A stretch of DNA of 64,000 nucleotides from an uncultured Algibacter sp. (GCF_947495675.1 NZ_CANLZX010000007.1:23224-87223), one strand, 5' to 3'; positions 18,391-28,841 are shown, counted from the stretch's first letter. Numbers and translations: made by a program. The notes: generated by a model not told the origin, from the sequence alone.

Positions 18391-20106
18391 TTATTTAGTT
18401 TTATCAGTTTCAATATAAGGTATTGCTCCAGGATAACCCATTGGTACATTTGAAAAATACTTTTTGTCTTCTATTTTCTTAATTTGTTTATATGGTATCA
18501 TTTCATAATTTATATCATATAATACTAATTTCTCTTTAATTGATTTCTTGAACCACCTTGGACTTATTTGTATTGATTTATTTTCTTTTTTTAATAATAA
18601 AAGTTCTTCTTTAACTTTTAAAGTAGTTAAAGCTTCCCAACGAATATGAATAAATAATACAATTAATGCATTTATCATAATTAAAAAAATGAGTCCATAA
18701 TTAAATGCTTTTTTTTCTTTAAAAGAGTATAATCCAATAAGCATAGGTATAATAGGAATTAGCCATATTTGAGGAGCAAAACGGGCCCACCAAAAATGCT
18801 TACTTATTAGCAAAGAACTAATTATGGCACTATATGCTATAAGCACTAGAAGTCTTTTACTTTTATAATGCCTCAATAAATAAAACAAATAGAGTATTGA
18901 AAGAATTAAGATACCACTAAAAAAAGGACCAAAACCTGCAATTCTAGTTTCATGAAAACGGTAGGCTTTCCAACTTGAAATACTAGATATAAAAGGTATT
19001 GCTAATTCTGCATTATCTTGATTATCGTAAGGGGCATTTCCTGGTTTACCAAAATGAGCATAAAACAAACGAAACGGTAGTGATTTACCTTTCATATTTA
19101 AAGGTGTTTCATGCTTTTCATTCCCGTCTTTTCCTTGTTCTAGTTGACTTAGATATTCTTTAGATCCTAAAATGGGATATAATGGATTCCCTCTTTTATG
19201 CAGGTTTGAAACATAAGGATTGAATCCAAAAACAATTAGCCCTAATACAATTGCTAAAGTATGAAACCCTATATAGTTAAAAATCAAAGCTTTATTTTTT
19301 AATAGAATATACATAAATCCAAAGCCTGAAAAAATAATTAAAAATACTATACCTGTAAACTTTACATTGAGTAATCCAACTATTGCCATTATACCAATTA
19401 AGAGGTGTAAAAAATTATATTTACGAATTACAGAAAATAGAGCTGCTATATAAATACTGAGATACAAAAAAAGAAGACCATCTACTAAATAAGTTGCAAT
19501 TTCGCTCCACACTACAGGATTTAAAATAATTAAACTAGAAACAATAAAACTATTTCGTTTACTTAATCTAAACTTTCTTGATACTATATAAAAAAATAAG
19601 CTAGCAGCTATTAATACAATAAAATTAAGTGCTTTACCGGCTTCAATAAAACCAAAAGTACTGTATATAGATGCAGCCATATACCAGGATCCTTTAGGAA
19701 AATGAATAATTGATAAATCGTTACTTCTATTAAATTTTCTGATAGGTTCTGAAAAAGGGTTCCACCCTTCGGCTAAATTATAAATAGCAGACTGATGATA
19801 CCATTGTCCATCCCACGATAAATCCAAGAACAATCCTGAAACCAATAAAGAAAATACAATAAAAAAAAAACTTAGTAAAACCGAAACCTTAACTGTTCTT
19901 TTATCAATTTCATATTTCTTTCCTAAAATAAAAAGAACGATAACAGCCAAAATAACAGATAATGGAAATGTCCATGGTAAAAAAAAATGCCCAATAATAA
20001 AACTTAATAAAACCAATAAATGATTTAAACAAATAGTCAGTAACAGTATAAGGCAACAGCTTAATGTTATTTTATAACCAAAAGAATATTCATATTCTTT
20101 ATTCAT
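18391..20106 (-). CDS. Polytopic integral membrane protein of unknown function (12 or more hydrophobic helices; GT-C / O-antigen-polymerase-like architecture)
   Basis: 571 aa dominated by long L/I/F-rich segments. A loop, LDLSWDGQWYHQSAIYNLAEGWNPF, follows the early helices. I recognise no MFS/SSS/RhaT signature. The gene sits 3 nt upstream of rhaM. Confidence 0.6.
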   Translation of the reverse strand: MNKEYEYSFGYKITLSCCLILLLTICLNHLLVLLSFIIGHFFLPWTFPLSVILAVIVLFILGKKYEIDKRTVKVSVLLSFFFIVFSLLVSGLFLDLSWDGQWYHQSAIYNLAEGWNPFSEPIRKFNRSNDLSIIHFPKGSWYMAASIYSTFGFIEAGKALNFIVLIAASLFFYIVSRKFRLSKRNSFIVSSLIILNPVVWSEIATYLVDGLLFLYLSIYIAALFSVIRKYNFLHLLIGIMAIVGLLNVKFTGIVFLIIFSGFGFMYILLKNKALIFNYIGFHTLAIVLGLIVFGFNPYVSNLHKRGNPLYPILGSKEYLSQLEQGKDGNEKHETPLNMKGKSLPFRLFYAHFGKPGNAPYDNQDNAELAIPFISSISSWKAYRFHETRIAGFGPFFSGILILSILYLFYLLRHYKSKRLLVLIAYSAIISSLLISKHFWWARFAPQIWLIPIIPMLIGLYSFKEKKAFNYGLIFLIMINALIVLFIHIRWEALTTLKVKEELLLLKKENKSIQISPRWFKKSIKEKLVLYDINYEMIPYKQIKKIEDKKYFSNVPMGYPGAIPYIETDKTK

Positions 20107-20188
20107 ATACTAATATGATTTTTTCTTAGATAAAGAATTCTTACAACTATTTAAGATAATTATTATAAAATATTCAATCCTACTGTTT

Positions 20189-21973
20189 CTAATTTAAATC
20201 AGAAAGATTTATAGCTTTTGACTTACTAGGCTTAAAACCAATACGTTGAGACTGGACCATAATTATAGCATCTTTAGAAGCAGAAAATGGGTTTGTATAA
20301 ATCGACCACGTTTCAGGAAAATCACCACCTTTAGTTTTAATTTTATAACCTATTGATGCACCTTCTGTTTCGCAATTAATTTGAATTTCACCATTAGAAT
20401 AAGATATTAATGGTTGAGATGTTAGCGGTTTACTATCACTACCTTTCCAAAGTTGATTGATAAGTTCTGCTTCTGGTAAGTTTGGCTTATCACCAATTGC
20501 AACTAACCACCTATCCATTTCAGATCGTAATTCATTAAGCTTGTCTTTATAGTCTGGGTTATTAGCTAAATTATTTAATTCATGAGGGTCTGCTTTACAA
20601 TCAAACAACTCTTCTTTAGGTTTTGAATTTCTAAACCATTGCATTTGTAAATCGTTTAACTTACCAGTATCTTTTAATCTTAATAATTCTTGCATTGTCG
20701 GAATTTTTTCCCTGTAAGCAAGTGGTAAATAATAACCTTGTTCTGGTCTATAATTACGAATGTATTTAAATTGATTATCCTTTACTGCTCTTATAGCATC
20801 GGTTACTTCATCGAAACGGTCTGCAGCAGCATGTATATAGTTACGTTTATTTTTAGCCTGATAATCACCTAAAAATGCTTGTCCTTGCATATACTCTTCA
20901 GGCTTTTCACCTATTAAAGATAATAACGTTGGAGCAAAATCTGTAAAACTAATTAATTGCTCGTCTTTAGTTCCTGCATTCATTTTATTAGGAAAACGAA
21001 TAATCATTGGTGTATTTAAGCCTGAATCATAAATTAAACGTTTTTGCCTAGGTAATGGCCCTCCGTGGTCACCATAGAAAATGATAATGGTATTTTCTAA
21101 AAGTCCATCATCTTCTAATTGCTTTAAAACGGCTCCAACTTGATTGTCCATTTCGGCAATATTGTTGTACAATTTCCACATATCACGTTTAGTAACGTCA
21201 TTATCTGGAAGGTATGGCGGGATATTAAATTTTGTATCTTTAGGTAAATGCTTTGTAATATCTTCTTCTGCAATTCTATTTTTTGCTTCAGGTAGTCCGT
21301 TTTGTTTCCAAGCATAAGTTCTATCACCAGCACGGTAATGTCTTGTTTCTATTTGTCTAAAACCATAAGGTTCAAATAAGCCAGATTCGTGTGTTTCTGT
21401 AAAATTGAATATTGAAAAAAAAGGCTGATTATCTTTTCTGTTACGCCAATGTGCATAAGGACTACTTTCATCCCACGCTGTAACTGGTGCTCTAAATTGA
21501 TAATCTTCCTTATAATTATTAGTACAATAATATCCATTTAAACGGAGTAATTCACTAATCATTTTTACTTGAGAAGGGGGTACTGCTTCATACTTAGGCA
21601 AGCCTGTTTGCTTAGTATTAGATGTTGTACGCATATGGTTTGCACCAATACTTGAAGGGTACATTCCTGTTGCTATGGCTGCCCTACTAGGGGCACATAC
21701 ACCAGAAGTTGAATACAAATTAGGATAAATAACACCTTCGTTAGCTAAACGAGTTAAATTTGGTGTTTTAACAGTTAAGTCTCCAAAAGGTGGAATATAA
21801 GCTCCCATATCTTCTGTAACTAACCATAAAATATTAGGTTTCTTAGGTAATTCTACTTGCTCGTTATTTACTATCTGTTCATTTTTGCTTTTGGTGTTTT
21901 GACATGTAAAAAACATTAAACAAAATACGCTACAAATTAATGTATTAATTTTCATTTTTAATTGTATTATCAT
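20189..21973 (-). CDS. S1 sulfatase with a C-terminal Ig-like (chitobiase/hexosaminidase-C-like) domain
   Basis: 594 aa. PNILWLVTEDMG...SGVCAPSRAAIATGMYPSSIGANHMR gives a C-x-P-x-R motif. The last ~80 aa form a beta-rich tail (ISYSNGEIQINCETEGASIGYKIK...). The true start may be the second Met (MKINTL...). Confidence 0.9.
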   Translation of the reverse strand: MIIQLKMKINTLICSVFCLMFFTCQNTKSKNEQIVNNEQVELPKKPNILWLVTEDMGAYIPPFGDLTVKTPNLTRLANEGVIYPNLYSTSGVCAPSRAAIATGMYPSSIGANHMRTTSNTKQTGLPKYEAVPPSQVKMISELLRLNGYYCTNNYKEDYQFRAPVTAWDESSPYAHWRNRKDNQPFFSIFNFTETHESGLFEPYGFRQIETRHYRAGDRTYAWKQNGLPEAKNRIAEEDITKHLPKDTKFNIPPYLPDNDVTKRDMWKLYNNIAEMDNQVGAVLKQLEDDGLLENTIIIFYGDHGGPLPRQKRLIYDSGLNTPMIIRFPNKMNAGTKDEQLISFTDFAPTLLSLIGEKPEEYMQGQAFLGDYQAKNKRNYIHAAADRFDEVTDAIRAVKDNQFKYIRNYRPEQGYYLPLAYREKIPTMQELLRLKDTGKLNDLQMQWFRNSKPKEELFDCKADPHELNNLANNPDYKDKLNELRSEMDRWLVAIGDKPNLPEAELINQLWKGSDSKPLTSQPLISYSNGEIQINCETEGASIGYKIKTKGGDFPETWSIYTNPFSASKDAIIMVQSQRIGFKPSKSKAINLSDLN

Positions 21974-21979
21974 TGTGAC

Positions 21980-22011
21980 TTATATTGTTATAAGATAATA
22001 TAACAATATAA
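21980..22011. other. Perfect 13-bp inverted repeat in the GH2-sulfatase intercistronic gap
   Basis: TTATATTGTTATA (21980..21992) and TATAACAATATAA (21999..22011) are separated by a 6-nt spacer. The element lies between stop 22025 and start 21973. Confidence 0.6.
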
Positions 22012-22024
22012 AACACTAAATTAT

Positions 22025-25000
22025 TTACTTCTTTTTAGCAATAACAACATACATTCTAGCGTCTTCTGGAGCATCTCCATCACTATTTCCAGCCATAACT
22101 ACACTCTCTCCTGCTTTAACGTCACGCTTAAATAATGACATTTTAACTTCTCCTATAATGAAATCATCCCCTGTATCAACATAATCTTCAATTAAAAACT
22201 CTGGACGAGACACTCTATCATCATGTCCTACATAAAGTGTCATATCTTCTCCTGCTATAAATTGTAACAGGTCTCTTGCCCAATAACGACTATCTGAATT
22301 AGGTACTCTTACATATTCTGAACCATGTAAATAGCTTGGAATCTTTGTATAGTTATATTGTAAGTCAGTATATGGTTTCTTTCCCCAAAACACATTTGTT
22401 CTTAACATTGCTTGAGAGTCTCCTGTATAACTAAATTTAGTAAACAATTTACTCTTATTAGTAACACCTGGCACATAAGGAGGAATAAATGGTGTGTAAG
22501 CTGTTTTAGGTTCTTCTTTTACTACTGTCTTATAAAGTTGAGGCATTTTAGTACTTAAACCACCTTCTAAATTTACCGGTTTAGAATTTAAAGTAATGGT
22601 AGCATCTTTCAACCCTTGTCTTTTTGCTGTAATTTTAACTTCACCTGCTTTTAATAATGATTTAATTGCCACTCTATTTATACCGCATTCTGTATCTAGA
22701 TATAGGTTATTAATTGTGTTTTCTTTACCACTATTATAACCACCTCTCCATATACCTGCCCCTGATATAGTAAAATCTATACGTCCTTTATCTAATGGAC
22801 ATCTGTTACCTTCTTTATCAACAACTTCAACATCGATTAAAGCAATATCTGATCCATCTGCTAACCATCCATCGGCACCAGTTATAGATGTTAATTTAAT
22901 AGCTACAGGCTCTCCTGTAGTATGTTTAATTTGTGTTGCAGAAAGTTCATTATCAATATAAGCTTCTGCTCTTATTTCACCAGGTTTCCATTGTACATTA
23001 TCAAATTTATAAACATACCCATTATCTGGAATAGTATCAGTACCTATCAACTCATTATTTACAAATAATTTAACTGCTGCTGTATTGGATATAACATATA
23101 ATGGCTTGGTTGTATCTTCGGTATAATTCCAATGTCCAATTATATGAACTTGTGGTTCTGGTCGCCACATAGATTTTAAAGCATAAAACCCTTCTTTAGG
23201 TAAGCGAACAGCATCAACTTCTCCACTTGCTCTGGTAACTTCTGTAGGACATCTACCACCATGAGGTCCATCAGAAAAAATCCAATTTGCACCACCACTA
23301 TGGTAAGGCTTTTTACCCATTTTTTTCCACCAATGGTCTGCTTGTCTTACAGCAAATTCTTCTGACGTTAATTTATAGGTATTTCTGCTTAAATTTGGGT
23401 GACTGAAAAAGTTATCATCTGGTGAATATTTATCCCATGATCTACGTGGTGCTTCATCTCGACAATATTCACTTTCAATAATTGGTAGGTTAGGATATTC
23501 ACCTTCCCATCCTTCAGTTCCAATTTCAATACTAATGTATTTTTCTGACCAAGGTGCATTATCTGCACGTCTGTGTCCCATTAATCGTTTTCCTTTAGGA
23601 TCGAAAGTATCAATAACATCTAATATTTCCTGATAATGTGCTTCCGACTCAGCCCAGTTACCGCCTTCCCATATAAAAATAGATGGATGGTTACGGTAGT
23701 AAACAATCATATCTCTAAAAGCAGCAATACGTATATCCCAAGTTTCTCCTTCATCTTCAGATTCTCCTGCAACGCCAGGCATTAAGGTTACAAAACCATA
23801 TTTATCTCCCATGGCTATTTCAGCTGGAGATCCTGCGCAATGTCCCCAACGTATAAAATTACCTCCTGCTTCATCCATTAAATCATAGGTAAAATCTCTT
23901 AACCAGTCTGGTAAAGCAGCACCAAGTCCTGCCCAACTATTGGTTGGTTTTTGTCCCCATCCATGCAACTTTACATATTCCTTATTAATATGAAAACCAG
24001 AGTCTTTATTAAATTCAAAACTTCTTATTCCCAGAGGTGTTTCGTAACTATCTAATACAACATCATTTTGTTTAACCACGGTATAAACTTTATACATATA
24101 GGGGTTACGAGTGTACCAAAGTTGTGGGTTATCAATATTTAATTGTGTTTCAAATGTAAATTTTTCATTTGCTTTTATATCTTGAGAATTTGTTCCTTTT
24201 TGAACAATATTACCTTCTTTATTAATAATATAAGTTTCAAGAACCACATTTTTTTGTTCTTGATATTCATTATAAACTTCAGATTTTACAGTAACAGTTG
24301 CTTTATCGTTAGTAATGTTATCTGCATATGCATACGTACCAACTGTTTTTAAATTATCGTACAAAGGTAAAGTTACGTGTAAGGGATCCATAACATGTAA
24401 AAATACATTTCTATAAATTCCTCCATGTGTTGGGTGCCAATGTTCATGATTCCATACTAAAGGAAAATTATCTCTAAAATGATCGCCTCTGTCGTTATTA
24501 ACTTTTACGGCTATTACGTTTTCTTCTCCAAAATTAATGTGAGAAGTTAAATCAAATCCGAAAGGGATAAACCCTGTTTGGTTTTGACCAATATGCTTAC
24601 CATTAATATAAACATCGGCAATTTGTCGTACCGATTCAAATTCGATAAATATTTTTTTTCCTTTTTCTGATTCTGGAAGCGTGAAATTTTTTCTATACCA
24701 AACTGTACCTCGCCATTGATTATCTTCTCCATCGTGATGACCATGACTTAAATCATCAAAAGTATCAACATCATTAAAAGTATGCGGACAACTTATTGTG
24801 ACCCAGGATTTATCATCAAATTCTTTTGATTGAGCATGATCTGGATTCTCTTTTATAAATTTCCAATCAAGATTAAAATTATATTTAAACCTATTACCCT
24901 TAGATAAGTCTTTTTCATGATCTTGAGAGCTACAACCACTTAAAAACAAAGTAGTTAAACAAAAAAACAGACAAACTATACTTTTAAAACGCTTTTTCAT
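22025..25000 (-). CDS. GH2 family glycoside hydrolase with extended C-terminal domains (lipoprotein)
   Basis: 991 aa with lipobox LSGC. NFNLDWKFIKE...WVTISCPHTFND...WRGTVWYRKNF is the GH2 sugar-binding domain. YRNHPSIFIWEGGNW marks the TIM-barrel region. Ig-like repeats and a further ~150-aa unassigned tail follow. Confidence 0.85.
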   Translation of the reverse strand: MKKRFKSIVCLFFCLTTLFLSGCSSQDHEKDLSKGNRFKYNFNLDWKFIKENPDHAQSKEFDDKSWVTISCPHTFNDVDTFDDLSHGHHDGEDNQWRGTVWYRKNFTLPESEKGKKIFIEFESVRQIADVYINGKHIGQNQTGFIPFGFDLTSHINFGEENVIAVKVNNDRGDHFRDNFPLVWNHEHWHPTHGGIYRNVFLHVMDPLHVTLPLYDNLKTVGTYAYADNITNDKATVTVKSEVYNEYQEQKNVVLETYIINKEGNIVQKGTNSQDIKANEKFTFETQLNIDNPQLWYTRNPYMYKVYTVVKQNDVVLDSYETPLGIRSFEFNKDSGFHINKEYVKLHGWGQKPTNSWAGLGAALPDWLRDFTYDLMDEAGGNFIRWGHCAGSPAEIAMGDKYGFVTLMPGVAGESEDEGETWDIRIAAFRDMIVYYRNHPSIFIWEGGNWAESEAHYQEILDVIDTFDPKGKRLMGHRRADNAPWSEKYISIEIGTEGWEGEYPNLPIIESEYCRDEAPRRSWDKYSPDDNFFSHPNLSRNTYKLTSEEFAVRQADHWWKKMGKKPYHSGGANWIFSDGPHGGRCPTEVTRASGEVDAVRLPKEGFYALKSMWRPEPQVHIIGHWNYTEDTTKPLYVISNTAAVKLFVNNELIGTDTIPDNGYVYKFDNVQWKPGEIRAEAYIDNELSATQIKHTTGEPVAIKLTSITGADGWLADGSDIALIDVEVVDKEGNRCPLDKGRIDFTISGAGIWRGGYNSGKENTINNLYLDTECGINRVAIKSLLKAGEVKITAKRQGLKDATITLNSKPVNLEGGLSTKMPQLYKTVVKEEPKTAYTPFIPPYVPGVTNKSKLFTKFSYTGDSQAMLRTNVFWGKKPYTDLQYNYTKIPSYLHGSEYVRVPNSDSRYWARDLLQFIAGEDMTLYVGHDDRVSRPEFLIEDYVDTGDDFIIGEVKMSLFKRDVKAGESVVMAGNSDGDAPEDARMYVVIAKKK

Positions 25001-25023
25001 AAATTAAATAATGAGAAGTTACT

Positions 25024-27201
25024 TTAATTTTTAGCTGTTAAGATTATGGTTTTTAAGTCTTTTTCCATAGATGATGCCCCAACTGATATTGTAAATGTTC
25101 CTGGCTCCACCACTTTTTTCATATCTTGGTTTAACACATTAAGCTCATTAAAACCTAATTTAAAGGTTACTGTTTTTGTTTCACCTGGTTTTAAGGAAAT
25201 ACGCTCAAATCCTTTTAACATTTTAAGGTAACGTCCTACTGAAGCATAATCGTCTCTAACGTACATTTGTACTACCTCATCTCCTTGTCTATCCCCAGTA
25301 TTGGTAACTTCTATTGAAACTGTGGTTTCTCCATCTGTATTTATAGTATTACTTTCTAATTTAGGTTCTCCATATTTAAAAGTCGTATAACTTAATCCAT
25401 AACCAAATGGAAATAAGGGTGACTTATCAGTAAATCGGTACTTTCCTTTTCCAGATCCAATAAAATCAGGACGCTCAAGATAAGTTACAGGAACTTGCCC
25501 AACGGAGCGTGGAAAAGACATGGTTAGTTTACCTCCTGGATTTACGTCTCCAAAAATAACGTTAGCAACAGCATTACCTGCTCTCATACCACCATACCAA
25601 GTTTCAAGTACTGATGGTATGTTTTCGGCTATATAGTTGATACTTAATGGGCGTCCATTAATTAAAACCACAATAACTGGTTTTCCTGTTTTATGAATCG
25701 CCTCTACCAATTCATTTTGAACACCATACAAATCAAGATCAGAACGATCTCCACCTTCACCACATGTTTTATGAGAGCTACCTACTACTAGAACAACAGC
25801 ATCTGATTTTTTAGCGGCAGAAATAGCCTCAGGAAATCCTTCTTTTGAAAAACTATCAATATCACAACCTTTAGCGTAATTTATTTTTACATTATCTCCT
25901 ACTTTTTTCTTTAAACCATCAAGAACTGAAACATAATATGGTGGTAACCCTGAATAGCCACCCAATAGTTTATAGGTTTTCTTTTTAGGTCTCTCTTCAT
26001 GAGCGTTAGGGCCAATAACTGCTAAAGATTTTATTTTAGATAAATCTAGTGGTAAAAGATTATTATCATTTTTTAGCATAATCATAGATTTTTCTGCCAT
26101 TTCCAAAGCAAACTCACGATGTTCATCAGTACCAGCTTCTACAGTTTTCTCATCAATCTCTTTTGGTTTTGAATCAAATAAGCCTAATTTATATTTTGCT
26201 GTTAGAATACGTGATGTGGCTTTGTCTATATACTTCATCAATGAAGGATCCTGCTTTATTGTATCCTTCAATACATTGATATGATAGGTTGACAAATCAA
26301 CATTCTTACCAATTACCAAGTCCATATCAACACCCGCTTTTAATCCTAAAATAGCCGATTTAGCTCTGGTTTCAGGAATAAAATGCATAGTCTGTAATCT
26401 CCCAACATCATTATTATCAGAAACAATAAAACCATCAAAACCTAGCTCGTCTCGTAAAATATCCTTTAACAACCAAGTATTCATATGACAAGGAACTCCG
26501 TTAAAATCTTGATGCCCTGGCATAACGGAACCTACCTTTGCTTCCTTTACTGCTGCCTCAAACGATGGCAGATAAACCTCACGCAAACGACGTTCGGACA
26601 TATCACTAAATCCACCATTTATACCACGACGATTTTCAGGATATCCAACAAAATGCTTAGCTGTGGCGATAACATGATTTTCATCAAATTGCTCATCGCC
26701 TGTACCTTGTAAGCCCTCGATAAACGCAACACCCATTCGTGAAACTAAATAAGGGTCTTCACCATAAGATTCTTCAACACGACCATATCGTGCATCTCCT
26801 GAATAAACATCTAAATTGGGAGAATAACAATGAGTAACACCTAAAGCACGAGCTTCTAACGCTGTTTGTGAAGCCATTTTTTTGATTAACTCAGGTTCCC
26901 AGGTTGAAGCACAGGCCACCGCTTGTGGATAAACCGTTGTATTACCATAATAATCAAGAACAAGCCATAATCCATGTAATGCTTCCCCATACTTCATAAC
27001 AGGAATGCCCAATCTTTCATTGGCAGGTGCATCCTGAATCATTTCTGTCATCTTCTCTTCTAAGGTCATTTGACTAATTAAATTTTCAACTTTTGAGGCA
27101 ATTTCAGAATCTTTCTGAGACGTCGTTTTATTCGCTTTACTTTCTGAGTTGCAATTCAATAATAAGACTGTAAAAAATCCAAGAACAAATAATTTCTTCA
27201 T
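25024..27201 (-). CDS. GH3 beta-glucosidase/beta-xylosidase-like
   Basis: 725 aa. KHFVGYP is present, and GFDGFIVSDNND carries the nucleophile Asp in the SD motif. A C-terminal FnIII-like domain reads VQMYVRD...LKGFERISLKPGETKTV. Confidence 0.9.
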   Translation of the reverse strand: MKKLFVLGFFTVLLLNCNSESKANKTTSQKDSEIASKVENLISQMTLEEKMTEMIQDAPANERLGIPVMKYGEALHGLWLVLDYYGNTTVYPQAVACASTWEPELIKKMASQTALEARALGVTHCYSPNLDVYSGDARYGRVEESYGEDPYLVSRMGVAFIEGLQGTGDEQFDENHVIATAKHFVGYPENRRGINGGFSDMSERRLREVYLPSFEAAVKEAKVGSVMPGHQDFNGVPCHMNTWLLKDILRDELGFDGFIVSDNNDVGRLQTMHFIPETRAKSAILGLKAGVDMDLVIGKNVDLSTYHINVLKDTIKQDPSLMKYIDKATSRILTAKYKLGLFDSKPKEIDEKTVEAGTDEHREFALEMAEKSMIMLKNDNNLLPLDLSKIKSLAVIGPNAHEERPKKKTYKLLGGYSGLPPYYVSVLDGLKKKVGDNVKINYAKGCDIDSFSKEGFPEAISAAKKSDAVVLVVGSSHKTCGEGGDRSDLDLYGVQNELVEAIHKTGKPVIVVLINGRPLSINYIAENIPSVLETWYGGMRAGNAVANVIFGDVNPGGKLTMSFPRSVGQVPVTYLERPDFIGSGKGKYRFTDKSPLFPFGYGLSYTTFKYGEPKLESNTINTDGETTVSIEVTNTGDRQGDEVVQMYVRDDYASVGRYLKMLKGFERISLKPGETKTVTFKLGFNELNVLNQDMKKVVEPGTFTISVGASSMEKDLKTIILTAKN

Positions 27202-27232
27202 AAACTCTTTTTTAATAATTACTTTATTTTAA

Positions 27233-28633
27233 TTAATCAAAATTCCTTATTCCAGGAACAATTTTTATATCCAATATCCCTTCGGTTTTTGGCCATTTTA
27301 ATACTATTAATTTTTGACTTTTGGAATCCCAAATAAAATCTGTCGGATCAATTTCATTAGACAATTTATAAATTTCAAGTCCAACATTTTTTAAAGGATT
27401 ATAATATAAGACTGACTCTTGACCTATAAATATTGAAAAACCATCAGGATAATGTCTATTAGCACCAATAAATATTTTTGATGCACCTTTGCTATTATCT
27501 GGTTTTATTTTAACATCTAAACTTCTAGTTGCATGATTAAATAAAAAGGATTGAATATCTCCTGCAATAGATTGAGGAAAAGGTCTAGAAATCACATCTG
27601 TAATATACTTTCTTTCTACTGTACCTGCATCTGTTTTATCACTAAATATCGACCAAGTTGAAGGGCCACCTGGAAGAAAATTTTGCATGGTTCTATTTCC
27701 TAAAAACCAAGCTTTTATAGAACCTACACCCATCTTATCGAAAACTTCGGCAGTTCGGATATAAAGCTCTCTGTATTTTAATTGCCCTAGCTTGCCCTCT
27801 ATTATAGTATCGGTTGTTGCAAATGTTGGAAACCCCCATTCTCCAATTAAAATTGGAGCTTTTAACATATCTGATTCCTTATCAAATCGATCCATATTAC
27901 GCTTTATAAAGCTTATATCATTTTGGTATATATGCGGTGCAAAAATGATATTTTTTCTATTAATTGGCTTTGTAATTTCTGAGTATTGATTATTATCTAT
28001 TTTCTCTCCTTTATTCATAAAAATAGACTGAAATAATATCATTTTATCTTCATTTATTTTTTGACTTTCATCAATTATTTTTTGATATAAAGGAATAAGG
28101 TATTTGTTTGTTAAATTTTCATAAGAAATATCCATGGTTAACTTTCTTGGTTCATTAACCACATCGTATCCTAACACAGAAGATGCATTGGAATATCGGT
28201 TCCAAATTACTTTCCATGCATCTATATAAGTTTTATATTCATTCTTTTTATTTTGCCAGAATTCTTCCCAGACAAACTTATCTACACCATAAACTGTCAT
28301 TTTAAAAACCGTTTTTATACCATGGTATTTACCTAAAGCCACTAAAGAATCTAATTTAACCAAATAATCTGGCTCAAGCTTACCACCTGGAAAATTACTA
28401 AGTTTACCTAACTCCAACCGAATAACTTGGGTGTTAGCTCCCATTCGCACCATACGTACGTAGTCGTCGCTATTAAAAAACACTTCACCTTTATGGTCGT
28501 TGGTGTTTACTACAAAACCTCTGGGTATAATATGTTTTCCCATATCATCTCTAAGGCCATGTTTTATTTGTGAAAACGTGTGAAGTGAGCTTAAAAAACA
28601 AAAAAACAGAATGCATCTAACTTTTACGGACAT
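27233..28633 (-). CDS. Clan GH-A (GH5-like) glycoside hydrolase with a C-terminal beta-sandwich
   Basis: 466 aa. LGYDVVNEPR carries the NEP acid/base motif, FAPHIYQ the H-x-Y motif, and ILIGEWGFP the nucleophile Glu. It is the first gene after an operator-like element. Confidence 0.6.
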   Translation of the reverse strand: MSVKVRCILFFCFLSSLHTFSQIKHGLRDDMGKHIIPRGFVVNTNDHKGEVFFNSDDYVRMVRMGANTQVIRLELGKLSNFPGGKLEPDYLVKLDSLVALGKYHGIKTVFKMTVYGVDKFVWEEFWQNKKNEYKTYIDAWKVIWNRYSNASSVLGYDVVNEPRKLTMDISYENLTNKYLIPLYQKIIDESQKINEDKMILFQSIFMNKGEKIDNNQYSEITKPINRKNIIFAPHIYQNDISFIKRNMDRFDKESDMLKAPILIGEWGFPTFATTDTIIEGKLGQLKYRELYIRTAEVFDKMGVGSIKAWFLGNRTMQNFLPGGPSTWSIFSDKTDAGTVERKYITDVISRPFPQSIAGDIQSFLFNHATRSLDVKIKPDNSKGASKIFIGANRHYPDGFSIFIGQESVLYYNPLKNVGLEIYKLSNEIDPTDFIWDSKSQKLIVLKWPKTEGILDIKIVPGIRNFD

Positions 28634-28698
28634 GAAAAAGGATTTATTATTACAATTTTATTACCAATCAAAGTTAAATTGAAGAATAAAATTTTGTA

Positions 28699-28713
28699 TC
28701 CTGTACAGTACTG
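28699..28713 (-). promoter_or_regulatory. Operator-like phased direct repeat (TCCTGtacagTACTG) upstream of the GH5-like/GH3/GH2 operon
   Basis: Half-sites lie at 28699..28703 and 28709..28713, 66 nt from start codon 28633 and downstream of the susD terminator. Confidence 0.55.
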
Positions 28714-28773
28714 CAAAATAAAATATTTAAAGAATTAGTATAAATTACACTATTTATTAGCGTTTTTAACAAC

Positions 28774-28808
28774 AAAAAGACCGAAAGAAAACTTCTTCCG
28801 GTCTTTTA
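28774..28808 (-). terminator. Rho-independent terminator after susD
   Basis: The stem GACCGAAAGAA (28779..28789) / TTCTTCCGGTC (28793..28803) is 11 bp with one mismatch and a 3-nt loop. On the minus strand it is followed by TTTTTG. Confidence 0.65.
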
Positions 28809-28841
28809 AACTAAACTAACTCAAAAAAATAAAACTAATAT

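Noticed and set aside
18391-20106. Extra AT-richness and homopolymer runs of the membrane-protein gene as evidence of horizontal insertion.
   Set aside because: The bias is explained by Phe/Ile/Leu/Lys-rich membrane-protein codon content. The gene has no flanking repeats or mobility genes and is tightly coupled to its neighbours.
20175-20192. Possible ninth operator copy (aaTCCTActgtTTCTaa) upstream of the membrane-protein gene.
   Set aside because: Only one half-site is 4/5 and the second is about 2-3/5. It overlaps the sulfatase stop codon in an 82-bp gap. The match is too weak to distinguish from chance.
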